This document shows, piece by piece, positions 37,434-52,050 of a stretch of DNA of 64,000 bases; the stretch's first letter is position 1; each line of letters opens with the position of its first letter. Position numbers and translations under genes: made by a program. The stretch is taken from positions 7,440,001-7,504,000 of the forward strand of contig OZ024745.1 of NCBI GenBank assembly GCA_964016885.1, given 5' to 3'. The notes under the pieces are model-generated. The model was not told where the DNA came from. It did no database searches and saw nothing but the letters and a program-made list of their open reading frames with translations. This DNA is from Eledone cirrhosa. Its lineage: Eukaryota.

Positions 37434-39587
37434 CTATAAACAAATAATAAAAATTGGTTAATAGGTAAAAAGTGTGATAATGCCATAAACATTTAACATC
37501 AGTTGACCAAATTATCTCCTATATAATTGTACTTCACAGCAACTGGTTCTTACTAAAGAAAAATAAATAACAGTCTGTCCTAAAGTTCATCAGTGCAGAA
37601 CTTGGCCTGGTTTCATTGATGTGCCTGACAGAATTTTTATTTGAGTTGACTGCAGCAATGTGAAATGAATTGTACAAGAACAACATAATGCCTGGTTTTG
37701 GAAATGATCCCCAAACCATGCAACCATCAGCCTAACACCCAACATTAGGGCCATGAACTTTCATTAGTTTTTACTGTTTATATCATAAACACATTAATAC
37801 ATGGGCTGATGGTGGTGAATGGGCAGAGTCATTAATACGTATTGCGGTATTTATTCTTGTTCTCTGGGTTTAAATCCCACCATCATCAACTTTTCATCCT
37901 TTCGAGGTAGCTAAAAGACGTACTAGTCCAATACTAGTGTTCCATATACCTTTCTCTCTTCTTTAGAAGAAATGAGCTGGAGGGGGGATGGGCTCCACCA
38001 AGTTTAAAATGCTAAAGACATGTCATATGTTATAAAGCTAAGAATTACAGGTACATACACACACATATACAGTATATGTGCCAGCTTCACTGCACCATTA
38101 CTATTATATCTGAAGATTCCAAGAAGTTTCCAGTTTTACCTTTTCTTTACTATCGTTTTCATAATTTCTAGTCATTTGATCATTTCAACCAAGTCTACTT
38201 AAAACCTACTTATCCTTAATGTATGCACAGCCTTTAAATAAACCACTTGTTATAAACCTGTTGTCACTAAAACTAACCTAGTAAGACACTCAGATAATTT
38301 GACATATCTTACAGGTTTACTGCACACCAGCAACGATTCAGTTTCAAATCCACCATTAAATATTATACACACACACACGCATGCATGCATGTATGTATGT
38401 ATGTATTGAACACAGTATTTTCACACACACAATAAGGAAGAGCAATAAAAGCTGTTTATTGATTATTACTAAGTAAAATACATCACTTGAAATAAGATTG
38501 AAAGCTTGAAAGACAGCAAAAGTAAAATAGAATAAAGCTATCATTTCAGAAAATTGACCAAAACATACACCAAATGAATAAAATTATTTAAAATGTAACA
38601 GATGTAAGATAAAATATAATCCAGGCTTTGTGGTATATTTATAAAACAGTATCTATAAAGATTTCACAAAAAGTCACAATCATACATCATCGTTGTCATT
38701 TAATTTCTACTTTGTTAGCAAGGATTGGATGGGTTAACAGAATGGGTGGGTACTTGAGGTGGTACCCAGAGTGAGCCTTACTGAGTGCTGAGATGGGCTA
38801 GTGGCCCGTCACATACTAGGGAGGTTGTCATCTATATCTCAACGAAAGATGGTTAGATCAACATCGCTTTATGCTAATTCTTACACCAAAAACAAGATAT
38901 CTTAGAAACTTTACATGGAAAACTTTAATTGTCAAAGTCTAAAGAAAGCAAATTTCGCAAGATACAACAGCTCGTTAGTAGAAGGTAAACAGATGATCAA
39001 TTAATAATAAATAAATATTCAATGACAAACTTCCTCTTGCAGGAGCAATGCTCTCTTGTTTAAGCTGAAACATGTTTTGAAATACAACAAATGATTGATA
39101 GCATAATATAAAACATCCTAATTTGAAATGGTTTGGCAAATTCTTTGAATTGTTAGAACAAATAATACACAGCATACATAGATACTTAGCAACAAGTGTA
39201 TAGATGGAAATGTTCATATATGTTTTGTGGTAGTGAGAGAAGTTACTAGAATATTTCCAATAGGTTAATTGAAGCAATGTATTGTAGACAATGGAAGTCA
39301 ACATGGTGATTTAGATCTTTCAGGAATAACAAATGGAAAAATATAGTCACTTTTGAACTACTAACTGTAAATAGTACATGGCCAGTGGATTATAAGCCAT
39401 ATTGAATATATAGTTATTGGATTATTGTATCATTAGATGACACGGAGACAAGACTTTATATATTACAAGGACTATGTCAGACCATATATATTAGTATGTC
39501 AGACTCTATATTACAAGGACTATGTAAAACCTAAACATCTGTATAGAAATATAGTCATTCCTCTTCTAAACAGCTCAAAGAATTTAA

Positions 39588-41330
39588 CCCTTTCGTTACC
39601 AAACCGCCCAAAGCCGCCCGAAAAAATTTTGTTTCATGTGACCAAGCCGCCCGTACTCACACATTCATATTTAAATGAGAATATCAGAGCAAATCTCGTT
39701 AGTATAATCACGTGTTTTCACGAATGTACTATGTAAACAATTGAGCTACAGTTTTGGACAAATATCGACGTGTTATTTTAATTCTGTGAATTTTGGTAGA
39801 TTTTTTTCCAAATTTGTTCCTGTTGCGTTTTGAAAATTTGTAATTCTGACAAAAAATGGATATCAATTTCATTCAGTCAAGCAGCGAGTCAGAATTCGAA
39901 TGATTTTCTACTGAAGACCTTGAAAAATCTAATTCTATAACTGAAAAAAAAAAGCACGTGGTATTTGATAATGAATCCGATGTTTCATTTTCCGAAAGTG
40001 AAAACAGTGAATCCGAGAGCTCCGATGACAGCGATAAAGAAAATGAATTGGCACCTGAATGGAGTAAAAATTTAAAAACTGTTTCTTTCAGTGATTTTTA
40101 TGAAGAAACTGAACCAAGTCACAATCTATCCCAGGAGAGCAAAGCTTTAGACTATTTCCTTTTACTTTTTCCTATGAGCTTGTTTGAAATTATTACGGCG
40201 GAAACAAACCGTTATGCTGAAAGTAAACAAAGCGAAAAAAAGGATAGTTTGTGGTTTCCCACAAGCTTAAATGAAATTAGGGCTTATTTTGCCATAAATA
40301 TTATGGGCATTAGAAAGCTACCCAGAATTACAAATTACTGGAGTAGTGATGAACCCTTTGGAGACAAATATGTCTCAAGTATAATGACGAGGACACGGTT
40401 TTTAAAATTGACGCAGTATTTACATGTAAGAGACACAAGCAGTACACCAGTACGTGGAGAACCAAACTATGATCCCTTATTTAAAATAAGACCCCTCATT
40501 GATTGTTTTCAAAACACGTATAAAACAATTTACAAACCAGGGAGATATTTATCTATCGATGAGGGTATGGTGGGCTATAAAGGCTGAGTGCGTTTTCGAC
40601 AATATATGCCAGGAAAGCCCACAAAATGGGGTTTCAAAGTTTGGAAGATTTGCGAATCGAATACTGGGTACTGCTCTGGATTTGAATTTTATACTGGCAA
40701 AAGAGACAATTATGTAAGTCAGCATGGCCTAGGGTATGGTGTGGTCTGGAATTTATCACTTCCATACCATAACCAGGGCCGTATATTATTTTTTTACCGG
40801 TTTTTCAGTTCGGTCAAACTTGCGGAGAATTTAGATACTGTGGCAACACATACATGTGCTACAGTGATCGCTAATAGAAAAGGACTGCCATTGGATATAA
40901 CGAAAGCAAAATAAAAAAAAAGGTGAAATAATTCAACAGCAGAAAAGAAATTTGCTAGCAACCGCATACAGAGATAAGAGGCAGATCAAATTTCTGTCTA
41001 CCTGTGCACGGCCACATGTGGATGAAAATTGCACTCCATTTGTGAATCTCGATTATAACAGGTACATGGGTGGTGTAGATCGGATGAATCAGATGATGTC
41101 TTATTACCCAGTTGGCAGATCGGGGAATAAATGGTGGCGATACCTTGTTTGGTATATAGTAAATATAAGTATTACTAATGCTATATACCAAATCAGGACC
41201 GGCTCAAAAGCGATGCGACCATCTGCAGTTCCGAGCAGATATAGCAACACAATTAAGAGCTGGTTATTCCTAAAAAAAAAAGCCTGCCAGAGAGATATCC
41301 CTCTGAATTCAGCCGATCTCCATAAATTAG

Positions 41331-41365
<35 letters not shown>

Positions 41366-42144
41366 GAGGGTCGCAAAAAGCAGTGTCGTGAATGCCTTCA
41401 TCAAAAAAGGAAAGCTCCTAGTGGAAGGTCTGTTGAAACAACTTTCCAATGTGCATTCTGCAACGTTGCATTATGTAGAGCAGGGTGCTTTACAAGTTTT
41501 CATGATAGGAATATTGTTTGATTTGTATATATGTGTGATTTTATTTTATTAATATTTTCAAATTTACTTCGTTTTTATTTTTCCTGTAAGGTGAGTGACG
41601 AGTTTTGATTAATTTCTTTTGTAAATCATTATTGTATATTTCTTCGTATCTATGTATGTGGGAGAGCTTATTTAATCTAGTTGATGGTGTATGTATTTTG
41701 TTTTCTAGTTTTCTTCACAGACAAATTCCAGTCTTTCATTTTATTTATACCTTTATGGTACACCTGTCTTTTGTGTGTTTAAATTCACCTGATAAATCCA
41801 GTAATGTGCACAACTCTTCTATAGTAAAATTTTGTTGTATACCCAATTGAATATTAGCTAATAACCCATTTTCTATATCGATGTTTGAACAAAATTTAAA
41901 TAATTTCATATTTTGTTGAATTTACCTGTATTTACCTGTAATTAGAGTCACTTTGAGACAAAAATTATGGAATAGAATTGATTGAGAACCTTTCGTTAAA
42001 TTTTCTTCAAAAAAAATCACATTAATATGTTGATAAATAAAAAGTTAGAGTTGTTTAATGAAACCAGACTAAATTTATGAATGTTAGAAATTAATTGAAA
42101 CACATAAGGGGTGTATTTTGGTTAGAAATATGGTAACGAAAGGG
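39588..42144 (+). mobile_element. Full-length piggyBac DNA transposon (2557 bp)
   Basis: TTAA at 39584-39587 and 42145-42148. Perfect 14-bp TIRs CCCTTTCGTTACCA/TGGTAACGAAAGGG. Internal transposase remnants. Confidence 0.96.
39856..41521 (+). pseudogene. piggyBac (PGBD4-like) transposase pseudogene
   Basis: Acidic N-terminus, DPLFKIRPL, SIDEGM, YMPGKPTKWG, YNRYMGGVD and a C-terminal Cys-rich domain. Stops at 39901 and 40585, frameshift near 40912; the second catalytic Asp position reads Y (FFYRFF). Confidence 0.93.
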
Positions 42145-42150
42145 TTAAGC

Positions 42151-42308
42151 ATCAAATATGTATTGCAAGAAATGTCAAGGTCAATCTGTATCAAATATGT
42201 ATTGCAAGAAATGTCAAGGTCAATCTGTATCAAATATGTATTGCAAGAAATGTCAAGGTCAATTTGTATCAAATATGTATTGCAAGGAATGTCAAGGTCA
42301 ATTTGTAA
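42151..42308. repeat. 39-bp tandem repeat, about 4 units, abutting the piggyBac right end
   Basis: ATCAAATATGTATTGCAAGAAATGTCAAGGTCAATCTGT repeated. Confidence 0.95.
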
Positions 42309-42484
42309 GTTATGAAATGTCTGAAGGAATCTGAATCAGGACATTTCTATGTACAAAATTATCATCATCATCTTTTAACTCCCATTTTCCTGGTTATCAA
42401 GGGTAGGAAATGTCATCACAAACTGGTCAGTATTCAAGAGGTCACTGACCCCAGATGGGCTGGGAGTCTGATGTTTGATCTCAC

Positions 42485-42685
42485 ATTGGTCAGTATCAGT
42501 AGAGTGTTGGACACCGTGCTTCATAACATTGTTACAGCCCTTTACGTTCTGAATATCACTGAGGTTAACTTTGCCTTTCATCCCTCGATAAATTAAAGTA
42601 CCAGTAATACAATGGGGGTCAATCTAATCAACTTTCCCCTCCCCCCAAATTGCTGACCCTGTGTCTAAAGTAGAAATAATTATTA
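42485..42685 (+). mobile_element. SINE copy
   Basis: gaggttaactttgcctttcatcc...aagtaccagta...aaagtagaaataatt. Confidence 0.82.
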
Positions 42686-42806
42686 TGCTGGAAGTCACTC
42701 ATGTTTTCTACATTTATTACAGCTTCAACTAACTTTTCTGTCCCTTTGGGTAATTTAACCAATTTTCTTTATTAAAAAAGTAACAAAGCAAGAAATAGAG
42801 AAAATG

Positions 42807-43559
42807 GATATGAATTAGACCAACAAGTGTGTGTAAAAAGATATGAATTAGACCTACAGGTGTGTGTAAAAAGATATGAATTAGACCTACAGGTGTGTGT
42901 AAAAAGATATGAATTAGACCTACAAGTGTGTGTAAAAAGATATGAATTAGACCTACAAGTGTGTGTAAAAAGATATGAATTAGACCTACAGGTGTGTGTA
43001 AAAAGATATGAATTAGACCTACAGGTGTGTGTAAAAAGATATGAATTAGACCTACAAGTGTGTGTAAAAAGATATGAATTAGACCTACAGGTGTGTGTAA
43101 AAAGATATGAATTAGACCTACAGGCGTGTGTAAAAAGATATGAATTAGACCTACAGGTGTGTGTAAAAAGATATGAATTAGACCTACAGGTGTGTGTAAA
43201 AAGATATGAATTAGACCTACAGGTGTGTGTAAAAAGATATGAATTAGACCTACAGGTGTGTGTAAAAAGATATGAATTAGACCTACAGGTGTGTGTAAAA
43301 AGATATGAATTAGACCTACAAGTGTGTGTAAAAAGATATGAATTAGACCTACAAGTGTGTGTAAAAAGATATGAATTAGACCTACAAGTGTGTGTAAAAA
43401 GATATGAATTAGACCTACAAGTGTGTGTAAAAAGATATGAATTAGACCTACAGGTGTGTGTAAAAAGATATGAATTAGACCTACAAGTGTGTGTAAAAAG
43501 ATATGAATTAGACCTACAAGTGTGTGTAAAAAGATATGAATTAGACCTACAAGTGTGTG
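42807..43559. repeat. 33-bp minisatellite GATATGAATTAGACCTACA(A/G)GTGTGTGTAAAAA, about 23 units
   Basis: Direct reading; source of the 261- and 277-aa repetitive ORFs. Confidence 0.98.
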
Positions 43560-45479
43560 CATGTTTTACTGTTGAAAATAAACCAAAACACCAACTTCTA
43601 AAACAAATTTGAAGTAAAATGTTTCATGGTAAACTGTTTCACAACTCCTTTATATTCTCCATACAATTCTAGCCTGCTTTTCTCAAAATTGTAAATTTCC
43701 ATGTAAATTATTGGAGCATTTAAAAAGTCTATTAATATATGCTATTTCTAATACTAACCACTCAACTGTAAAATAGGATATGTATAGTCAACTAGACAGG
43801 AAAGGCAGTAACAAATCTTGTTTTAAGTGAACGTACTACCAACATTATAATATTTTCTTCCCTGGTCCAAATGATTGCAACAATGGACTGCATTAAAAGC
43901 CACTAAGAACCAGGTGGTCATGTCAAACTGTACAACAGTAAAGTCTACTAACCCAAATAGGAATAGTCCCTCAAATGAGTTTCTATATAATTTCTGTCAA
44001 CCTAGTTTCATTGACAAGGTTTTGGACAACCCTAGAGTATGACAGAGGTCACTTTCCTATGGTAATGGGTAGTGGATTGAACCCAAAACCACAATTACGT
44101 CAATCTTAGCCACACAACTTCCAATGTATCTGTTTCCTTATATTTAACATTAAAAGTTGGTATAATACTAGGTGTCGGATCTTTGTAAAAGGAATTCTTT
44201 AAAAGAATATAAAATATTTGTTCATTTCTTTAACATTTTATTGGTCTGAAGGACTGAGTACATAAACCTCTCAGACAAGAGAGACCAACGCCATTAAGGT
44301 GACATTTAAAAACATAACTTATACACAACATTCATATTTATATAGCCTGTTATATTGGTTTTTAGTTAGTACATTTCCTTTAACCAATCCTTAACATTTA
44401 ACAAATGCTGATATCAAATTCCTAAGAAAAGTAAATAAACAGCAATTTACCAATTTGGAGTTTAAAACAACCTTATAATTCTCCAAGAGAGAATATTTCA
44501 AGAATACATAAAACCAATTTAATAATCTTTTCTGGGAAGGTTCTTTATTTCTCTCCTCATCCTCTCAATTATTTCTAGCAGGAATTTTTCATTTAATTTT
44601 TGTCATTTTAAATTATTTCTTCATTTTGTTACTATTTGTTAGTTAGTATAAGGAGGATTTTGTTTCACTCTGGAATATTTTCAGCTAATCTAGAATTTTA
44701 ACTTTCAAAACCTTCACTACAGATCACACAAGAGAGAGGGAGGGGGGGGGGGGTTAGAAAAAGATAGGGGGAAAGAGAAATGCAAAAGAAGCAGATGAGA
44801 GAAAGAGAGAGTAAGTATAAAGGAGATAAGGACACAACCTTCTTCATACTTCTCCCACCCCTACTGATACCCCACTGCACACTACCTTAGTCACTTCAAT
44901 AAACATTCAAATTACAAGTGGCGCCAATGAAATGCTTGGCTGGCATTAAGCCAATTCTGAGGGCATCAGAAGCCTCTACTATCTTTTAATCTTTTGAATG
45001 GCTTACTGGACTAATAGCTCTAAGCAGTGGTGTATTTGAAAACAACAAATAAGTTCTGAGCAATGGTGCATGGCGAAAGACAATGTAGAAGATGAGAGAA
45101 GAGCAGTAGAGAGAAGTTGTGGCTGCTGCAGAATATTAAATCCCAAACAACAAAACTGTTACAACAGATGCAACATTGTCACTGTTGAAGAAAATTAAAG
45201 ATAAAATAATAACATTTTTGAGAAGAAATCTTTACAACTCAGAAAGCAACAAGAGGTCAGTATTGTTTTAAGAGTGATGTTAGTCACAAATATTTCAAGA
45301 AAGAAAGTTAAATATGTTTGCATTTTAAATAATCAGTGTCTAGAGGATTGGAACTGAATTTAGATTCTGAATAGATGGAAGTCACACAATTTCAAATTCT
45401 GCAATCTCCATGCCGTTCAAAGGTTTCAAACTGAAATCTGTCTATTTTCTTTAAGGGCAACATGACCTTAAAGAAGTTA

Positions 45480-46570
45480 CCATCGGTTGTGTCAACTAAC
45501 AACCACTTTTTCTCACATATTAAATCCTCCTCCTTCAATCACCACCAATATGGCCTTTTTATGACTACATCAGTCCTCACTTACATGAATTTGGCAAAAA
45601 CAATGTTGTTGCACTTGACATCAGCAGCAAAACTTTTGACTGTGTCTGACATGTAAACCTCCAAATTAAATTGTCTGTGTATAAGCTCCCTCAAACTCTT
45701 GGATCAGAAGTAAGATTGCAGTGTGTAAATGGAGCTCTTTCTGCTACACACACCTTCAACTCAGTTCTACCTTAAGGTTCAGTTATATCTCTCCCACTTC
45801 CTATACCTGTGTCGATGGCTGACTTATGTTTTAACAATGCCTACTTCTATTCAGACAATATAACCTGTCATTCTTCCCAAATCTGGACTATATATAAACA
45901 TTATTGAGATGAAATCTAGATAACCATACCAAACCTGGACTACATCCATGAAGAGACCCTCAAAAGTATTTTCTAACGGGGTCATAGCCATCTGTTCCCA
46001 TTCAACATCAAAGACACAATCACCTGAAGGACACATTATTGTACCCTATTACCCCTAATAGGGACGAGATACAACTAAAACTTCCGTAAGCTGCTACAAA
46101 TGTTAAGCATCGCAGTCACTGATGATCTCCTCTGGAAAAAGAGATTCTTAAAAACCAGTCTTACTCTGTAGAACCAGATGTACTTCAGCTTTTAACAGAT
46201 AACCCTTTACAAACCTCAAGTGATACCCAACAAAACGGTGGTGCTGTGGCTGCATACAGACATCCCAGGGTTACTAGAATTTATTGATGTGGTGTCATTC
46301 AGCAACACACTCCACTCCTTAGCCTCTTCACATTGACTTTTCTAAAGTTACTGCAGTGGCCTCTGCTTCTCAGAGATGGTTGATCTTGTACTATTTTCAC
46401 TCAGGCAATAAATCAGCTGCCTCCTGCCATTTATAATCTGTTACTTATCTCTCTCAGACTTTGTATTAATCTCTATGTGAGCTCATTCCTCCTCAGAATA
46501 CCATTCTCTGGGACTTACTTTCTGTTCATATTTCTCCTGCAATCCCTGACTCAAATTATTTGAAAATAAC
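45480..46570 (+). mobile_element. Old CR1/Jockey-group LINE RT relic
   Basis: Broken motifs in order: HQYG, VALDIS..KTFDCV, VNG..S....NS..P.GSVIS. No ORF. Confidence 0.55.
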
Positions 46571-46839
46571 ATCAACTGAATTCACCTCAACTATTTTGGG
46601 GAACCTACAGAGGCTTATGGGACATTAACTTCCTCTAAAGCAAACTATTAAAAAGAAAAGGGAAATAAAATATGAAGTACACTTCTAATGATACTAGTAC
46701 AGTTTGGACCTGTAACTCTTGAATGAGTTGTAGGAGCACTGTGGTATCATACAGTGTATTTGGGGCATTTCAAGCTTAGCTGTGACCCCCTTCCAGGTCT
46801 GAACACACCTGATTTTATCAGGTGAGAAAGATACAGAGG

Positions 46840-46995
46840 AAATACTGAATCCAGTACTTGACTGGCACTTTTTTTTTTATTGACCTCAAAAGGGTGAAAG
46901 TTGAAGTTGATTTTGGTAAGTTCTGAACTCGGTAAACAAGGACTAATACTGCAAAGCATTCTATCCTATGTTCTAATAACTGACTATTTGCTACC
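46840..46995 (-). mobile_element. Diverged SINE
   Basis: ccagtacttgactgg...ttattgacc...tgaaag...tgaactc. Confidence 0.65.
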
Positions 46996-47389
46996 TACAA
47001 ATGCTAAAGATTTGAAAGCAATCAAAATGATGAGAATAAATACTGTTATAACACAAAATATCTGAAATGTACTGAAATTAATTTATGTTATTAACTTATT
47101 GTAAAAATAATTGGATCTGATGTTCTGATCAAATATTAATCACCTCAAATTTGTTGAAATTTCAGATTTTTTTTTTATGTCAACATAAAAAATTGCAAGT
47201 GCCTCATTTTTTTTTTCTTTTTGAAGAGAAACCAACAAAAAATGGTGCTGCACTGTTAACTTAGCAATATTTATATCTCAATTTATAAACACTAAATGAT
47301 GCGATCCAAGGGAGTGGAAAAATGATCTTTCAGTTGCTTTTGTTCTTTCTTTAAAGAGATCAAATCAAGTATGTTATTTTTTTTTTTAT

Positions 47390-47545
47390 GAACAACACCA
47401 ACACCACCACCACCAACAACTGCCACCACCAACAACACCAACAACAACTGCCACCACCAACACCAACAACAACAACAACAACAACAACAACAACTGCAAC
47501 AACAGCAACCGCCACCACCACCATCACTGACACCATCCACCACCA
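47390..47545. repeat. (CAA/CCA)n trinucleotide tract
   Basis: Direct reading. Confidence 0.93.
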
Positions 47546-47904
47546 GCGATCAGGCCTAGAAGAAGAAAACAACTATAATACTAAATAACTATTCTGTTCT
47601 TGGCACGGGGCAGCGATTGTCCCAGCACATTGTTGGTGCCTTGTTTTGGGGCCCAGAGCGTGGAGAGCCGTTGCTCTATGCTGTAAAGCAAACAATTATT
47701 ATTATATAAAAACTGAACTGGAAAAGTCAACAGTTGACATGATTTTGAATCAGTACTGACGGTAATATATGTATGCATGAGTGGCATGTGTGTTTGTAAA
47801 CATGAGTGTTGGTGTGAGTGGCATGTGTGTTTGTAAACATGAGTGTTGGTGTGTGTGCCGTGACTGTCAATAAGTGGTGTTTTTTTTTTTTTTTTTATGA
47901 CCAT

Positions 47905-50900
47905 GCTGTAAAATGGAGGGGTAGAGAGGGCCCATGAGTCCAATAAGACAGCCTCTCTAGTGCTGGTGGCACGAATAAAAGCACCCAGTCCATGCTGTAA
48001 AGTGGCACTGGTGTTAGGAAGGGCATCCAACCAGTGTATCAATGCCAAAGCAATTATGAGCACAGCTACAAATATATAGGAACAACAAAAATATGAAGAC
48101 GTCGCATCTCAGAGTTGCAACACTTAATGTTGGCACTCTCACAGGTAGATCTGGTGAAATAGTGGAGATGCTAGAGAGAAGGCATGTGGATGTGTGCTGC
48201 GTGCAAGAGGCGAGATGGAGAGGTGCCTCTGCGAGACTAGTCGCAGGCAAACATCTTAGCTATAAGCTTTTCTGGGTAGGTAAGGATGATGGGTTAGGGG
48301 GAGTAGGCATTTTCCTGGCTGAGAGATGGATCAATAAGACAATAGAGGTAGTTCGAGTTAATAATCGAATAATTAAGCTTAGATTAGTTGTAGGCAGGAA
48401 ACTTTTACAAGCAACTTTTACAAACAACTGCAATGACAGAGGACGGAGACATCGTTATGCTAGCAGGGGACTTCAATGGTCATGTTGGACAGCTCCAGGA
48501 TGGTTACACTGGGGTACATGGTGGGCACAGTTACGGCTCAAGAAATGAAGAAGGAGTGAGACTTCTTGAATTTTGTGATGCAAGTACACTGACTATTTGC
48601 AACACTAACTTCCAGAAACCTGCCAACCACCTAATAATCTACAAATCAGGCGAGCACATAAGCCAGATTGATTTCTTACTAGTTAGGCAGCAGGACAGGC
48701 AGATGGTGTCAAATACCAAGGCATACCCTGGGGAAGAATGCATCCCACAGCATAGGTTAGTCGATAGTGATATCTCAGTAATCAAGAGACAGAATGAGAC
48801 ATACAGGAAGGTGTGGAGAAGAAAGGTCTGGAAGCTAAAAGACCTTTCACTAAAATACAAATTTAGGAAAGCCCTTCAAGATGTGTATGATGAAAAAGAA
48901 GACGATTTAGAGATATATGACATAGATAATAACTGGAATTTTTTACGTCACAACTTACTGCAGGCTACTGATGAAACTTGTGGCTGGAGCAGAGCTCTAA
49001 CCAGACAGAGAGTGACCTGGTGGTGGAACAGCACAGTAGATAAGGCCATTAGAGACAAAAGACTAGCATGGAAGGCTTGGAAAAAGGGTGGGAGTAGAGA
49101 AGGATATACAGCCGCTAAGAGAGAAGCTAGACGTCAGGTGTACTTAGCACGCAGGGAGGCTGAGAGTAGGAGGTTTGCCAATGTTCTGCGACGGGAAGAT
49201 CAGAGGTGTGCGATGTTCCACATTGCAAGGCAGTGTGTCAGTGCAAATCAGGATGTTGTTGGAGATAAATGTGTCCGGAATGATGCCGGTGTACTTAGTG
49301 TCACGAATGACCAAAAAAAAGGAGGCCTGGAAATGTCATTATGAGAGACTGATGAATGTGGAGAACGAATGGGAGAGAGAGAAATTACCCTCAGTAGATC
49401 CGACAGAGGGACCAGCTATTGAGATTGATGAATATAGGGTACAAGAAGCGATTAAGGAAATGAAAAATGGTAAGGCTGCTGGACCGTTGGGGATAGTTGC
49501 TGAGATGCTGAAGTCATCAGGGGGCGTAGGCACTAAACTGGTTGCACGCATCATCAATCAGGCTATATATGGTGGTGTCATACCCAAAGACTGGTGCAGC
49601 AGTATTCTCATAAATTGCTACAAAGGTAAAGGGGATGCTCTGGAGAGGAGCAATTATAGGGGTATAAAACTGATGGATCAGGTTATGAAAGTGGCAGAAA
49701 GGATATTAGCACAACTAATTAGAGAAAGGGTCAAACTAGATGAGATGCAGCTTAGTTTTGTGCCTGGGAAAAGTACAACAGATGCCCTCTTCTTGGTGAG
49801 ACAATTACAAGAGAGGTTCTATACTCAGCCTTTGTTGACCTAGAGAAGGCCTTTGATAGGATACCCCGATATGTCATCTGGTGGTCCCTAAGGAAACTAG
49901 GTGGTGAGGAATGGCTTATGAGGATAGTGCAAACTTTGTACAGACGTGATTTCAGTAAAGTCAGGGTAGGAATGGAGTTTAGTGAGGAATTCCAGATACA
50001 AGTAGGAGTATATCAAGGTTCGGTCCTCAGCCCGCTCTTGTTCATTATAGTCGTCCAAGCCATAACATAGAAGTTTAAGACTGGCTGTCCATGGGAACTT
50101 CTCTATGCTGATGATCTGGTTCTTATAGCAGAATCAGTAGAGGAGCTAGAGAATAAATTCTGGCTATGGAAACAGCAGTTGGCAGCAAGAGGACTGAGAG
50201 TGAACATAGCTAAGACAAAAGTGTTGAGTAGAAAAGTGGACAAAACTCTGATTCCATCGGGGAAATGGCCATGTTCGATATGCAGAAAAGGAACTGGCAT
50301 AAATTCTATAAAATGCACACAATGCAGATCTTGGTACACAAGAGATGTAGTGGGATAGCAGGCAAACTAACAGGTAGGGAGAAATATGTATGCAGTAGAT
50401 GTACAGGGAAATTAGACAGTAGAAGTTGCATTGATAGACACATTTTTCAAATGCAGGCGGGTGCTATAGAAGTGGTGGATAGCTTCCGGTATGTAGGAGA
50501 TCAGACTAGCATGGGAAGGGGGGGGGGGGGGTTCCGAGACCATAGTATCTAGAATAAGGACGGGTTGGAAGAAGTTTAGGGAGCTGCTTCCTCTGCTGAC
50601 GAAAAGCCGGTTATATAAGCCTTGCACACGGAAGGCCGGTTATATGATGCCTATGTGAGGAGCGCGATGCTGCATGGTAGTGAGACATGGGCAGCAACTG
50701 CAGAGGATATGCGACGGCTGGAGAGAAATGAGGTAAGCATGCTCCGTTGGATGTGCAATGTCAATGTGCGTGAACGACCCAGCATGAATGTGTTGAGAGA
50801 GAAACTGTGTTTAAGAGGGATAAGTTGTAGTGTGCGGGAGAGAAGACTGCGGTGGTATGGACATGTGATGTGCATGGAGCATGACCGATGGGTGAAGAAG

Positions 50901-51084
50901 TGCCAGGAAATGCCAGTTGAAGGAAGACGTGGTAGAGGTAGACCATGAAAAACATGGGCGGAGGTGGTGAGAACAGACCTCAGAAGCTCACAGTGAAGAT
51001 GAAGGACCGTGAGATGCTGTGCTGAATAAGACCCGTCCCACACCTTGCAAGCAGGGAAAAGCGGACGTAAAATGATGATGATGA
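47905..51084 (+). mobile_element. Near full-length RTE-clade LINE, disrupted (AP endonuclease, RT, PHD-like finger)
   Basis: ATLNVGTL, VQEARW, GDFNGHVG, QIDF, NYRGIKL, YADD (ctctatgctgatgat at 50101), RLRWYGHV. 5' UTR contains TTAGGAAGGGCATCC; tail is GGACGTAAAA(TGA)n. Several frameshifts and stops. The 5' limit is approximate. Confidence 0.93.
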
Positions 51085-51411
51085 GGAACATACAACAGAC
51101 AATGTACTTGCCAATATATTTGGGAAAATTCCTTTGAAATCTTTGTCAGTGCTGTTTTGGTATTTTACCTCAGGCAACGATTACAACTTCATTTTTGTAT
51201 TTTTCAATAAATTGTTGAAAATATATTTTTAATCAAATCTGTCTTATTTACTTTGTCTAAACCCATTTCACAAACTAAACTAAGATATACCAGTAATGTA
51301 TTTGGCATAAAAGGGATGCGAGATAAAAAAAAATGTACATTTTTAACACTCATCATCATCATTTAACATCCATTTTCCTTGCTAGCAAATGTTGGATGGA
51401 TCAACACAGAC

Positions 51412-51592
51412 AAAGTAGAGCTACTGACGTCTCGGGTTATCACAGACCAAGGTAGTACTCAAGTAGAGCTACTGACATCTCAGATGGGTCATCACAGACC
51501 AAGGTAGTACTCAAGTAGAGCTACTGACATCTCAGATGGGTCATCACAGACCAAGGTAGTACTCAAGTAGAGCTACTGACGTCTCAGATGGG
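51412..51592. repeat. 52-bp tandem repeat, about 3.5 units
   Basis: AAGTAGAGCTACTGACATCTCAGATGGGTCATCACAGACCAAGGTAGTACTC repeated. Confidence 0.92.
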
Positions 51593-51721
51593 TTAAGGGG
51601 TTCAAATCCCAAATAACAGCAGCCATCTTACACAGCAGTTATTACTAAACTTTCAAACTGAGACAAACACAAAAACAATTTTTATGCAACATTCCTGAGT
51701 GCAACAAAACACCTGATACAT

Positions 51722-51895
51722 ACAAACATTGTTAGACTACATGTAGTGTATCACTTCACGTTAAACACTGTTAGACTACATGTAGTGTATCACTCCATGT
51801 TAAACACTGTTAAACTGTAGTGTATCACTCCATGTTAAAACACTGTTAGACTACATGTAGTGTATCAGTCCATGTTAAACTACATGCAGTGTATG
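51722..51895. repeat. ~39-bp degenerate tandem repeat, about 4 units
   Basis: AAACACTGTTAGACTACATGTAGTGTATCACTCCATGTT repeated. Confidence 0.88.
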
Positions 51896-51904
51896 GTTAG
51901 TCTA

Positions 51905-52050
51905 GTTGATCCCAGTACTTGTTTGGTACTTTATTTTATTGACCCTAGAAGGATAAAAGGTAACACAGGATTTGAACTCAAAACACAAACAGCTTGAACA
52001 TCACAAGCTATTTTGTCCCGTTCTCTAACAATTCTGCCAATCCACCATCT
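51905..52050 (-). mobile_element. Diverged SINE
   Basis: cccagtact...ggtactttattttattgaccc...ggatttgaactc...ctgccaatccacc. Confidence 0.75.

Noticed and set aside
42729-43612. 277- and 261-aa ORFs on both strands
   Set aside because: They come from a 33-bp minisatellite; no sign of splicing into Axin.
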